Assembly (NCBI GenBank): GCA_964016885.1
Contig: OZ024759.1
Span: 4,340,001-4,404,000, forward strand
Reading direction: 5' to 3'
Origin: Eledone cirrhosa
Lineage: Eukaryota
DNA length: 64,000 nt
Below the pieces are notes generated by a model, which worked only from the letters and a program-made list of their open reading frames with translations, did not search any database and had not been told where the DNA came from. Of this stretch, positions 12,968 through 25,462 are shown in pieces. Every line of letters begins with the position of its first letter. Positions within the stretch are counted from its first letter, which is position 1. The translations under genes were made by a program, and so were the position numbers.

Positions 12968-13380
12968 ACTATCAGACATAGTGTATCTAGGATTACATTA
13001 TCTAATGTACAGTATAGTAGCTATTAGACATAGTGCACCTAGGACTACATTATCTAATGTACAGTATAGTGGCTATCAGACATAGTGTACCTAGGACTAC
13101 ATTATATAATGTACAGTATAGTGGCTATCAGACATAGTGTACCTAGGACTACATTGTCTAATGTACAGTATAGTGGCTATCAGACATAGTGTATCTAGGA
13201 CTACATTATATAATGTACAGTATAGTGGCTATCAGACATAGTGTACCTAGGACTACATTGTCTAATGTACAGTATAGTGGCTATCAGACATAGTGTACCT
13301 AGGACTACATTATATAATGTACAGTATAGTGGCTATCAGACATAGTGTACCTAGGACTACATTATCTAATGTACTATATA
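12968..13380. repeat. 52-bp tandem minisatellite (~8 copies)
   Basis: Unit ctatcagacatagtgtacctaggactacattatataatgtacagtatagtgg. Confidence 0.92.
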
Positions 13381-13419
13381 GCAGTTAGTAATTGTGGCTA
13401 TCATTATTATAGACTTCAA

Positions 13420-13592
13420 GTCGGTAGAGGGTCAGACGCTATGCTTTCCAGCATAGTTACGTACCTTTACGATCTGAGTTCAAATCCCGCCGAGGTTGAC
13501 TTTGTCTTTCATCCTTAGGGGGTCGATAAAATAAAGTACCAGTAATGCACTGGGTAATTGCTGGTCTTGTGCCTAAAGTAGAAACAATTATT
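13420..13592 (+). mobile_element. tRNA-derived SINE (family with ctttcatcct...ggtcgataaaataaagtaccag core)
   Basis: B-box gagttcaaatccc plus conserved core. Other copies lie at 14070, 31130, 36365, 38315, 39808, 40230, 44250 and 47553. Confidence 0.8.
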
Positions 13593-13992
13593 ATAGACTT
13601 CAAGTAAATCTTTGTCAACTTACCTCATTCACATATAATCAATGTGTTGTGTTGTTAGTTGTAACTAAACAACCAAAGAAATAATCTCTTTGTTATCAAA
13701 TTAAAAGTTTCAAAGATGTTATCAGCTTTATTTCACGACATTAACGTTGGTGTATCTTCTTCATCTTTAGTCATGAATTGATATCTTGTCAGAATGAAGT
13801 AGTGAGGCTGACTTTATCTCTTTAGCTACAGATTTGATAGGAAATATATATATTGTCTATAAATGACTGATAGCAGATGTTCTGGTGAAATAGTAGTTTT
13901 ACTACTACAGATTGTAATGGAACTCTTAGTAGACACAATTGTAAAGTAAGAATAGATATGACAGTGTAAGACTGATGTCGGGGAAATAAACT

Positions 13993-14037
<45 letters not shown>

Positions 14038-14069
14038 GTTACACAAGATATAATTAGATTAATTAAAGT

Positions 14070-14258
14070 TATAATTGTTTCTACTTTAGGCACAAGGCCA
14101 GCAATTACCCAGTGCATTACTGGTACTTTATTTTATCGACCCCGTAAGGATGAAAGGCAAAGTCAACCTCGGCAGAATTTGAACTCAGATCGTAAAGGGA
14201 CGTAACTATGCTGGAAAGCATGGCGTCCGACCCTCTACCGATACTGCCAATTCACCGC
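14070..14258 (-). mobile_element. tRNA-derived SINE, inverted relative to 13420-13592
   Basis: Close reverse complement of 13420-13592. Confidence 0.8.
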
Positions 14259-14929
14259 AATGAAGGCAGCAGGTACTCGGTGTCGTTGTGCATGTTTCAA
14301 CTCTCTTCCCGGTGTCATACGTTAAAAGTCCCTGATATAATTTAATACCTTCAGACACAGTTCCAATCGTTTTTAGTTTATTGTAAATCAGAAAGTATCA
14401 CTCAATAAAATATCAATTATATATCAATAAGAAAACCTCTAGGTAGTCTCACTGACTGCTAGAAATAGCAGCGATATTACCCATTACAACTGCTCTCTCT
14501 CTCTATATATATATACACACATATATGTACGTATGTATGTATATGTGTATATATGTGTATGAATGAGTGTGTATGTGTGTATATGTGTACATAGGGTTTT
14601 GGTATATGTACGTTTGGTGAACATATGTGTATTTACCTGTAGGTATGTGAGTGTGCGTTCTATACGCATTTATGCGTGTATATTTATATATGTATTTATA
14701 ATTATATGTATATATACACACACAAACATATATTTATATGTGTATTTGGTGCATACAATCGTATGTGTGCGGGTATATGTGTTGCGCCGGTTTACGTCCG
14801 TGCGCGCCTGTTTATGTGTACGTATATGTATATGCATGCATGCCGTGAGTTTTCGCATATGCTCGTGTATAAATGTGTGTATGTATATATTTAATTATTA
14901 TTACTTTTATGATTTTAATAACATCTGTC

Positions 14930-15140
14930 ATTTTCGTTCAACTAATTTATTTACATTATTCTGGACTCCGAAGCCGAGCATCATTCAGTTTCCTTAATAG
15001 AATATTAGTCTACGACTCCATTTACACCATAAAGGTGGTTTTGTCTTTACGTGTAATTGTTGTCACCGCTCCACATAACGACGTATTATCTTCTTTTTCC
15101 CGTTCATTGCCAGGGAACGTCTTCACGAATCAAAGCATAA
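14930..15140. repeat. Dispersed repeat of unknown class (related copy with internal duplication at ~62145-62485)
   Basis: ctaatttatttacattattct...tagtctacgact...gacgtattatcttc...ttcattgccag is shared between the two loci. Confidence 0.7.
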
Positions 15141-15150
15141 ATTATTTTCC

Positions 15151-15710
15151 CGAGCTGACGTACCCAGCTTCGCCCGGGTAAACAGATGATAAAAGAAAAG
15201 GTCCCTATTTACTCCCTTCACAACTCTGTATGTTAGACTGACAGACAGGCACACAGACAGATAAACTGCGTGGCGATTGTGGAACGCCGCACGTATACAC
15301 ACATACACACACACAAACTTACACACGCACCCGTGCACTTACACACACGCACACACTCACACATGTTGATAGTTTTTACTTTCTGTGGAACGCTGCACGC
15401 ACGCACACATACATAAACATACGCGCACGTACATACACACGCACACGTGTTAATAGTTATTGCTTTCCTTCCCCTCTTATTTCCACACACATCACACACA
15501 CACACGTCTCTACACTGACACATATACATAGTGTATCCAACACAGCGTTCACTTTGCCTCTCTCCGCCTCTCACTCTCTCATTAGCATTATACATATTAA
15601 TTTAAGTTTGGCGTAGTTGAGGTGGGCGGAGTCGTTTGAAACCTATGAACCAATGATAATCGAGAATTATGACACATGGAATATTGACATTGTTGAAATT
15701 AATATATAGA
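15151..15710 (-). mobile_element. Non-autonomous mini-Helitron (internal deletion derivative of the adjacent element)
   Basis: Starts TCTATATATTAATTT like 21552. About 510 bp match 21138-21552, then the sequence jumps to the 3' end tacccgggcgaagctgggtacgtcagCTCG. Confidence 0.88.
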
Positions 15711-18700
15711 CTAGCTGACGTACCTAGCTTCGCCCGGGTAAACAGATGATAAGAGAAGACAGGTAAAAGAGAAAATGTCTGTATTGGATGTTTGTCTGGT
15801 TACAGTGTGAGGCGAGTCCGTGTTGTCTGTGTGATACAAAAAAACAGTAAAAATAATCTTCCAGATATACCAGATTCTTCGTCGTGCGGTTTGTGCATAG
15901 TATATGAACAATTCTAGGTGCTCCCACCTAGAATAGTGACCTCTAGGAGATGGTTCCTCTTCTGCCTGACTGGAAAACGTGTATCATTGCATAGACGTGG
16001 TTGTTCCACGTTTCTCAAAAGGATGATGGAAGTTCCAATCTTTTATATTATATGTAGATATAGATATAGATAATTAATAAAAAAGATGTCCGTCAATGTA
16101 AAGAAGGTCCCTATTTACTTGAAATGGTTTATACAAATGCCAAATTAATATGGATATGGATAACATGCTTATCTATAAGTGGTCAGCTATAATAATAAAA
16201 CAACAAATTATATGACACAAAAATTTATTCAGTAATTTCCAGGCTCTTAGCCACTGAGTAATAGACAGTCAATATTGCCCAGAGTTCAACTCGGGGAGGT
16301 GGCCTGGTTTGAACTCAAAATGGCGGATCCTTCTACTTCGAAAATAGAATCGTTTTTCAATATTACTCTAGCCCTGGCCGGCCATAGACACCAAACTTTT
16401 TGCCAGACTCAGCATATGATGAGGTTTTATTACCACTGCAATCAGAAGCGATAAATTTGAAGGCAATTTCTACCAATACTTGTTGGTTTTTATTGCTCAT
16501 TATCGACAATAAATGACATTGGACATAAATGATAACTCTGCCAAAGCTCACAATACAGATGAAAGGAAACCAATGTCCGAATCATATACGTCGCTTATTG
16601 ATAGCTTTAAAGATATGCATACATCAGCTCAAAGCTTCATTATAGACAATATTTAGGTTTGTTACTCTGTTAGTGGTATCAATTGCAAATTTTATACCAT
16701 CAGGATCGCACACTCGAGATGCAGCAACATAGAGTTGCCCATGGCTGAATGCTGGATCATTCAAGTAGACACCGACTCGCTTGAAAGTCTGTCCCTGTGC
16801 CTTGTTGACAGTCATGGAGAAGGCCAAATTGACGGGAAACTGTCTCCTTTGCCAAATAAATGGCAGCAGATCTTCACTTGGTCTCAGCATGATCCTCGGA
16901 ATGAGAACCGATTCCTCTCTGCCTGGGAGTTTAGCTTCTAAAACTCTTCCGTTAATCAATCTCTCAACAATCAATCTGGTACCATTGCAAAGACCCATTT
17001 TATGATTGATATTTCTAAGCAATATAATCGGCAAACCCTTTTTCAACCTCAAAATATGTGGGGGAAATCCGGGTATTTGAAGTGAATTCAGATACTCAGT
17101 CGGAACATCCATACTGTTCTGCTGATTAGGCTCCATTGCATACGCACTGACGGTCAACCATTCCTCTCCAGGAAACATTCCGGCTACTTGTGAATTTATT
17201 TCATCGACCGTTGTATTCGTATGAGTTAGAATAACACGTTCCGATATCCAGGAGATATTCTGCCAAAAAGCATTCAAATTAGGGAACACCCAGTCAATCA
17301 AGCCTTGGCGGTCCAGTGGCATGACCAAATGGTCTGGGATTCATACAGTCTGATTATCACCAACGTGTGGCAATTCATCGTTTCCCAACTGCATCAACCA
17401 TCGGCCGTATGTCTCAGCCTCTTCGTTTTGCCCGAACATAGGAAGTCGCATATTATCGTGTAATCGCAAAACTCTGAAATGGCCCCACAACGGGGACTTT
17501 TTCAGACATGCATCGACAATTTGCGCTCTTTGAGCATTCCTAACAATTGGTAGCACCTGTCTGAAATCGCCACCAACAACGATAGTCTTACCACTGAATG
17601 GCAGGTCACTACCGCAGATATCTCTCAATGTTCTGTCCAATGCCTCCAGCAAATATCTGTGTGCCATTGGAGCCTCGTCGCAAATAATCAGAGACGTATT
17701 GCGTATAAGGCCCGCGAGTTCACTTTGTCCTGTAATATTACAGACACTCAACTCATCTGGAGCCAATGGAGCCTTGAAGCATGAGTGGAAGGTCCTTCCA
17801 CCACTCAGCAAAGTGGCAGCGATGCCCCTGGTGGGCACAGGGAGAGCAATCTTCCTCTGAGCTCTGACTGCCGATAACATAGTGTTGAAACAGAATGTCT
17901 TTCCGGTGCCTCCTGGAACATCTATGAAAGCACAAAGTTGCTCATTAGTGGAAATCGAGTGGAGAGCGCCATCGACCAATTCTCTGTGAGATTGGGTCAA
18001 CATTGGCATACGTTCATCCACAATACGTTGCTGTTCCAGTGGATCAAACTGGAATAGTTCCCTCCGATCGAGTGGCAACCGTCTAAGCTGCAATCTCATG
18101 TTCAATGCTAAGACACGTTGCCACATTTCTTCATCAGGAATTGGCAAATTGAAATCTGTTAAACATTTCAAATGAACTTCGAGCAGTTGCTCAATATTGA
18201 GCAAAACAATAGCCTTCATCAAATGTTCATCATAGACCTGAAGATGGTGCCTAAAATCATCAGCCATAATTCCCCAATGGCGTTCAAATAACTCTCTTGG
18301 ATCGGCAGAATTGCAGAATCCTAGAATCGTGACAAACAACTGCCATATTCGAGCTGGCATCTGTGTTGTTCCTGCAGCTTCCATGGCGTTATTCCATTCA
18401 GCGTCATCCTGAAGGAGTCCCAGATGCTGACACACAGCCTGGTATCTTTTATATTCCACGCCATTGATTGTTTTCAAATCAGCGAAGCTCTGTTTACCTC
18501 TCGAAAAATCACTATGCAACAGAATTCGGAGATAAAACACATCACCAGATGCTGGATGGACATTACAAACCCGTCCAATAGTCATGAATCTCAACTTTTG
18601 TTTTCTATCATTCCATTTCTTTCCCTTCTTATCCCACGTATAGTGCGAAGGGAAATCGCAGTAGAGTTGCTTTTGATCCGGGTTCAAAGCATGTTCCCTA

Positions 18701-21552
18701 TTATGCTTGAACCACTCAGTCAATTCCGTCTTAGGAGGTGGTGCGTTAGCAATTCTTTCGATACCTCTTCTACTGTCCTTAAAACAGACCATTTGCCTAT
18801 TCTCTAAGTGAACCGTCAGTTTCTGAACGCTGTGTTTGCGTTCATTGAGATCAAAATCGAACAATCTCCAGCAAGCTTCGCTAGATCCAATCGAGCGAAC
18901 ATCCTGGAACCTGCCAACTTCATCTCCTTGGTTCGCTTCCTCATTCCTGACATTCATCATTGCCCCATCATGACCTTTGTAAACATACTTGAATAGATAT
19001 TTGCAAGCTTTCACTGAGCTACAAATTTCCACATTAATATGACAACGATATTTCATAATCAAATATGGATTGTATGGCACAACCCATTGATTTGTAACCT
19101 GTCGACCGTTTACATTTTCGACCAAACCGCCATCGGCAGGCGACCGTCTTCTGTATGAGGGATGAGCATCCCCATCATTCCAGGAAGTGTTCCTGACAAA
19201 AGATTTCGGAAAGTGCTTACTGCATTGGCCATTTTTCATGCAAGGCGCTTTCCGATTTGCCACTCCGCATTGGTTGTGCACCATTGACTTTGCCACCAAG
19301 TTGCATAGTGCCTCATTCTCCGGCAGTTCAGCACACACAATGCTGTCGACATCCTCAGCACATCACAATTTGCAATCTCTATGTAAAATGATCAGCAAAT
19401 GTGCATGTGGCAATCCTCTTTTTTGGAATTCAATTACGTATGTAAAAGCAACTATACCTCCAAAGATTCCCTCTTTTTCCACATCATCCATTATCTTTTT
19501 CAGATATCCTTTGAATACTCTTGCCACAATATCAGGACGGTCCTTTGGCTGTTGTCCTGGCAAAAGTGCATCCTTAATATCAGTCCATTCAGGATTGCAT
19601 GTAACCGTTATAAACAAATCTGGCTTTCCAAACTTTCTGACAATAGCCATTGCATCCTGATAGCGAATGTTCATATATCTCGGGCCGCCGATGAACGACG
19701 ATGGCAAAATGATGCGTCGACCAATTTGCTTGTAATTGGCATCATTGGCTGTTATCGCATCCTGTATATTATTATACAATTCAGCTCTGATATGTTGCTG
19801 ATGTGTAGCTATATAATTTAGCCTTTGATTTTCGATCTTTGCGTATGCCATACAACAGTATTCCTGGAACAATCTGCTGGCTTGAAATAGCGCATTTCTC
19901 TGTTGATTCCTCTCGTTCAAATGGAACGCGTAAAAGTCGCGAATTGAATTATTGTGTCTATTGCCACCTCCCTGTTGATGCTGATTCTCATGATCATCTA
20001 AATGAACAGACATGTTCCATCCATTTTCACCTTTTGGGAATAAAAGAACATAATGCAATGGATGGTATGTCCTATTTGACTCATTGATAGTGTTGAGACC
20101 ACCATCTCTGCGATTGAGGGCTATATCTCTCGATCCAGGCTTATCGTCCATCAACACAGCAACTTCACGAAATCCTTCGGGGGCATTATATCGCCGTTCG
20201 TGTTGATTCCTTGGCACTGCGTCAGCCTTAATCACCAATGTTTGTTGCTGAACATTCTGCAGTTCAGCCACCAACATGAAATCCATAACATAAGGATTAC
20301 ACTGTCTAAGCCATGATTGCAAATCATGGATCAAATCACTTAACCTTTGCCGTTCAAGTTCAGTTATATTTCCCGGCAACTTCATCCAACCGATCCTGAT
20401 ATCCTCCTCCGATTCACTATAATCTGGATTGTTAACGTAAATTTGAGCGAATCAAGGCCTCTCTCCTGGGGTAACTTCTAAATTATCGATACAATGATAC
20501 AAACGGCATTGAATGACGACATTCGGTTGCCATGCTCCACTCTCAAACATCTCACTAACTCTCTGCGATGCTAAAGCTAATAAATTGTTAATTTGCCGCG
20601 AATATTTGCGCAGTAATCTACCTCGGTCTCATTGATCACCCCACATACTTAGTATTTTAAACTCCGGTGACTCCCCATCATCCGGCATTCGCAAAGGTTC
20701 TAGTTGAACTGCTCCTTTGTGACAGCACATTGTGGTCCACGTCTTTTCGTGCCACCAAAGCAATGCTCCACAATGTGGAGACCCTGGTCGTCCACCAATC
20801 TGACAGTGACACGGTTGCCATGATCCATTTTTAATATCATTCGTTCGCCTCTTTACTGGAATGAGGAGCACTTTGCGACACATTCCCTGAACTTCTGTAT
20901 TGCGGTGGCGCTGTTCAGCCAGCTCCTCTTCATCCACCGGAGCACGCCATTGCTGCTGAATTCTGGCCACCTGCTGATGATGCTCAGCCAGTTCGTTTTT
21001 CAACCATCGCAGCACTCCGTCGCCGCTGTAGTTCACTGTTTGATAAAGTCGAATTGCTTTTCTTATCAGTATTCATTTGGAGCAATTGTAAAAAAAAATG
21101 ACACAATAATAAATATAAAAGATGTCCGTCAATGTAAAGAAAGGTCCCTATTTACTCCCTTCACAACTCTGTGTATGACAGACAGGCACACAGACAGATA
21201 AACTGCGCGGCGATTGTGGAACGTCACACAAATACACGCATGGAAACGCGCACACGCACACAAACTTACACACGCACACACTCACACATGTTGATAGTTT
21301 TTACTTTCTGTGGAACACTGCACGCACGCACACACACATAAACATACGCGCACATACATACACACGCATACATGTTAATAGTTATTGAACACAGCGTTCA
21401 CACTCTCCCCTCTCACTCCCTCATTGGCATTATGCATATTAATTTCAGTTTGGCGTCGTTGGGGTGGGCGGAGTCGTTTGAAACCTATGAACCAATGATA
21501 ATCGAGAATTGTGACACACGGAATACTGACGTTCTTCAAATTAATATATAGA
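15711..21552 (-). mobile_element. Full-length Helitron (rolling-circle transposon), ~5.8 kb
   Basis: 5' A|TC at 21552; 3' hairpin tacccgggcgaagctaggta then CTAG|T at 15711; RepHel coding region inside. Confidence 0.93.
16624..21036 (-). pseudogene. Helitron Rep/Pif1-like helicase (RepHel), broken into at least four ORFs
   Basis: N-terminal HCGALLW...CC; Rep motifs LFITVTCNPEW, VIEFQKRGLPHAH and KYLFKYVYKG; SF1 helicase motifs GGTGKT, DEAPM, GDFRQVLP, TVNKAQGQT and HGQLYVAASRV. Frameshifts or stops occur near 20630, 20450, 19350 and 17340. Confidence 0.95.
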
Positions 21553-22298
21553 TATATATATCATCATCATCATCATCATTTTACGTCCACTTTTCTCTGC
21601 TTGCAAGCCATGTGCCTCTTCCTATATATACATATATACTATATACATATACACACATATACATATATATATGTATGTATATATATATATGTATATATAT
21701 ATACGTACTTAATACATGCATACATTTATTTTTTTAAAATTAATTGAGTTCTTAACACGCAGGATTAAAATTGTTTTTAAAAAAACTAATTAACCCACGT
21801 GTATATTATTTTACTTTCTTGTGTTTCGCGATTGCCTCCCTTTTCCGCTTCGTGACGCTGTGATATTCCTCAGTCTAGGACTGCTGGAATTTCAAATTTG
21901 GCGGTCATTATGATGCGTGAAGGGACGACTTAGCTGACACAAAAATAACTGCGGTAAGAAATTTTTTCTTATATCAATGTTTGAAGGGCATCCACTGATG
22001 ATTTATAAGGCCCACCTGCATATGTTCTTACAGAAAAATATGTAGGCTTCTACATAAACCGGAAACATTCTCCCAACTTGTAGAAAACTTATAATGAAAC
22101 AATTGTTTGGAAAGAGAGATATATTTTAATTTTAATTATATCTCATATAAAATAATACAACTGGCTTTCCACAAAATACATATAGTTAGCACCCCAAACA
22201 CAAAATTGGGATTATACTAAGGTATATCCTAATGTTTGTTGAGTGAGATGGTAGCCAGTCAGAGTTTAGCTTAAAGCTTTCTCTGTTATTGTATTAAA

Positions 22299-22329
<31 letters not shown>

Positions 22330-22349
22330 GTATCTATATATATATATCA

Positions 22350-25310
22350 CCTTGACCGACCAGTCTGTCGGGCGTCCATTCGACGCCGCTGGTCACAGCA
22401 CGCCGTCCATTCCTCTCTGGATTGTGCTTTCCTCATCCATGTAGTCCCAATCATATTCCTAAAATGATCTGCCACCTTCATGGAGGCCTTCCGAGTGGTC
22501 GCTTCCACTCGCACAGGTACCACTCCGCAACTGCGCAGGTCCAGCGATTATCGGTGAACCGGGCGACGTGTCCAGCCCATCTGAACTTGCTGCGTATATA
22601 TTGCGCGATGACGTCCCTCACACCGGACTTCTGTCTGATGACTTCGCTCCTGATGTGCTCTCTCAACGAGATTCCTAGCATTGATCTCTCCATGGCTCTT
22701 TGAGCTGTTACCAGCCTCTGCTCTTCTCTCTTCGTTGTAGCCCAAGATTCACTGCCATATAACTTTGTAGGTAAAACTGTGCTATTGAAGAAGTTGGCTT
22801 GGGCGATCTTGTCTAACCTCCCCTTGAGCACATCCCTTATGCCGCTGAACGCCTTCCATCCGGCCTTTACTCTCTGCGAGATCAGCCTCTCAATGTCTCA
22901 GCGCATGTTCACTTCTTGTCCTAGGTAGACGTATTCCTCCACCTCCTCTATTTCATCACCGCCAACCACCATTCGACCTGTTGGTATGTTGTCGGACCGC
23001 ATGAAGTTCATTTTCATGCTGTTCATCTTGAGGCCTACTGCAGAGCTTTTGATGTCGAGCTCCGTCAGCATGGTCTGAAGCCGATCCGTGGTTTCAGCGA
23101 TGAGTACGATGTCATCAGCGAAACGGAGGTGGGTAAGTATCTCCCCATTGATGGTGACACCGCCTTGCCAGTCAATGCCTCTGAAGATCTGCTCGAGACA
23201 CGCGGTGAAAACTTTTGGAGAGATCGTATCTCCTTGCTTCACTCCCTTCTCGACCGGCACTCGTACGGATGATGACAGCAGAGCTGTGTCGGTGGTGCAT
23301 CCGGAATTCGCCTCCTTGAGCAGTTGAACGTATTGCGCCTCGACTCCTTGCCTCTGCAGCGAGTTCAGCACTGCGTTGATTTCGACGCTGTCGAAGGCCT
23401 TCTTGTAGTCTACGAACGCGACGCAAAGAGGCATCTTGTACCCTTTTGCTTGCTCAAGCAGTTGTGTCAGAGTAAATATGTGGTCCATCGTGCTGTAGTT
23501 CTTCTGGAAGCCGGCTTGCTCTTTCGGTTGCTGTTCGTCCAGATGATGTGATAACCTGTTCAGGATTATCTTCGTGAACAGCTTGTACACGTGAGACAGC
23601 AAGAATATGGGTCGGTAGTTCTTCAGATCTTCTCTATCGCCCTTCTTTTATAGCAGGATCGTATTCGACTCTTTCCACTGCGAGGGTATTCTTCCCTCGT
23701 CCAGATCGTGTGTGAATCGCTCGGCGAGGATTTTCCAGAGCTGCTCTCCGCCTGACTTCAACACCTCCGATGTTATGCCGTCTTTCCCTGGCGCCTTTCC
23801 GCTTTTCATCACGCCGACGGCTCTTTCCACCTCACCGACAAGGATGGGTGGCACATTTTCTTCCTGTTGGAGTGACGGCAACGGCTGCACATTCCCGGCA
23901 GACTTGAAGAGCTTGGTGTAGAGGTCTTCGTAAATCTTTTCCATCTCATTCTTGTCGCTGACCGGTACTCCAGCTGTGTTCTTCAGGGTCGTCACCTCCG
24001 ATCTGTACATTGCCATGTCCGTCTCGCATTTCTTGAGGCTTTTCTTTTCCTCTGCGGCCTTCAGGAGCTTCCCCATCCGGTATGGCTCGAAGTCACTCTT
24101 CAGTTGCCGTATCACTCTGCTGAGAAGGGAATATTCGAGGTGATCTTCAGGTGTCCCCTTCATAATCTTCCTCTTCTCAAGCAACTTCATAGTTTCCTCC
24201 CAGACTCTTCCCTTCCACTCCTTCGGGCACACACCCTTAGCCTTCCTCAAGCACTCCTTCAGTTTCCTTATCAGTGAGTCGTAGTCAGCGTCTATGCCGT
24301 CTCCTTTACACCACTTTTCCTGCATGATGGCTTCCTGCTGCTGCGCCTCGTTGAAGACCCAGACGCGTTCTCCCTTTGCCGCCAAATGCAGCACCTTCTT
24401 TTCCCTCGCCCTCACCAGACGATGATCACTGCCAGTGTTAAATGGCGTTATGACGGAGACGTCCTGCAGTATACGTCGCTTGTCGACCAGGATGTAGTCG
24501 ATCTTGTTTCCGTGCTCAGAATTTAGCGATACCCAGGTCCATCTTTTCTCCTCCTTCTTCCTGAATAGGCTGTCTCCAATGTAGAGCCGTCTCATCTCCG
24601 CCATGGTGACCAGACACTCTCCTCTCTCATTTCGATCTCCTAGGCCGAATTTTCCTACATACTCTTCCCCTTGCCGTCCCTGTCCGACCTTTGCGTTGAA
24701 GTCTCCCATCACTACGGTGTAAGTGGACTTCACAGCTAGCACTTTGTCTAGCTGGCGATAGAATTCTTCCACTTCCTCGTCGTCGCTGGCACTTGTGGGA
24801 GCGTAGGTTTAGATGATCTTGAGGGTGGCCTTCCCTGAGAGGTTTACGTTCACTACACCAATCCGTGACAATATGAACTGGCAAGAAGCGACCTTCGAAG
24901 CCCATTCCTTGCTTACGATAAACCCTATACCAATCTGGCATCCTCTGCTTTCCCGAGTCTCACGGCGCATCCATCTTGCCATCGGGAATTCGCCTCCTTC
25001 TTCTGGCGGGTCTCGCACAGCCCTAACACGTCCCACCTGATCTTCTTCTTCTCCTCCATTAGGTGGTTCAGTCCTTGCCCCCCTGCCAAAGACCTGCAGT
25101 TGTATGTGCATATGGCAAGGTTAGTCCTGTTCCATGGCGGCCTTCGTGAACCTGTGATTCTTAGCAGCCTTTCGTCGCTCGGGTTGCACTCCGACGTCAT
25201 GGAGTAGCCCGATTGACTCGCATGGTACTGAGGCCCTTTTCTTCGTGCTGTTTTAACCATAAGATGACGCCATCCCATTGGCTGGGCGGGCAGGCCGGTA
25301 CCTCTTCAGT
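22350..25310 (-). mobile_element. Near full-length decayed RTE-clade LINE (APE endonuclease plus RT)
   Basis: APE motifs ICTYNCRSL, LGLCETR, MGDFNAKVG, IDYILV and GSDHRLV; RT motifs FVDYKKAFDSV, GVKQGDTISP and LRFADD; C-terminal RWAGHVAR...GRPP. Multiple frameshifts. Confidence 0.93.
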
Positions 25311-25462
25311 TTAGCTAGCTTTTGAACTCTAGAAGATGATGAATCATCTCTAGGACCCAATTCGGGTCAAACAAATAAGAAAATATATACATATATATAT
25401 ATATATACATATATATACATATATATATATATATAAGTAATATATATAAGTAATATATATAA

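Noticed and set aside
17753-20087. Overlapping and antisense ORFs within the Helitron (and similarly within the LINEs)
   Set aside because: Shadow frames of RepHel or RT coding sequence with no independent motifs.
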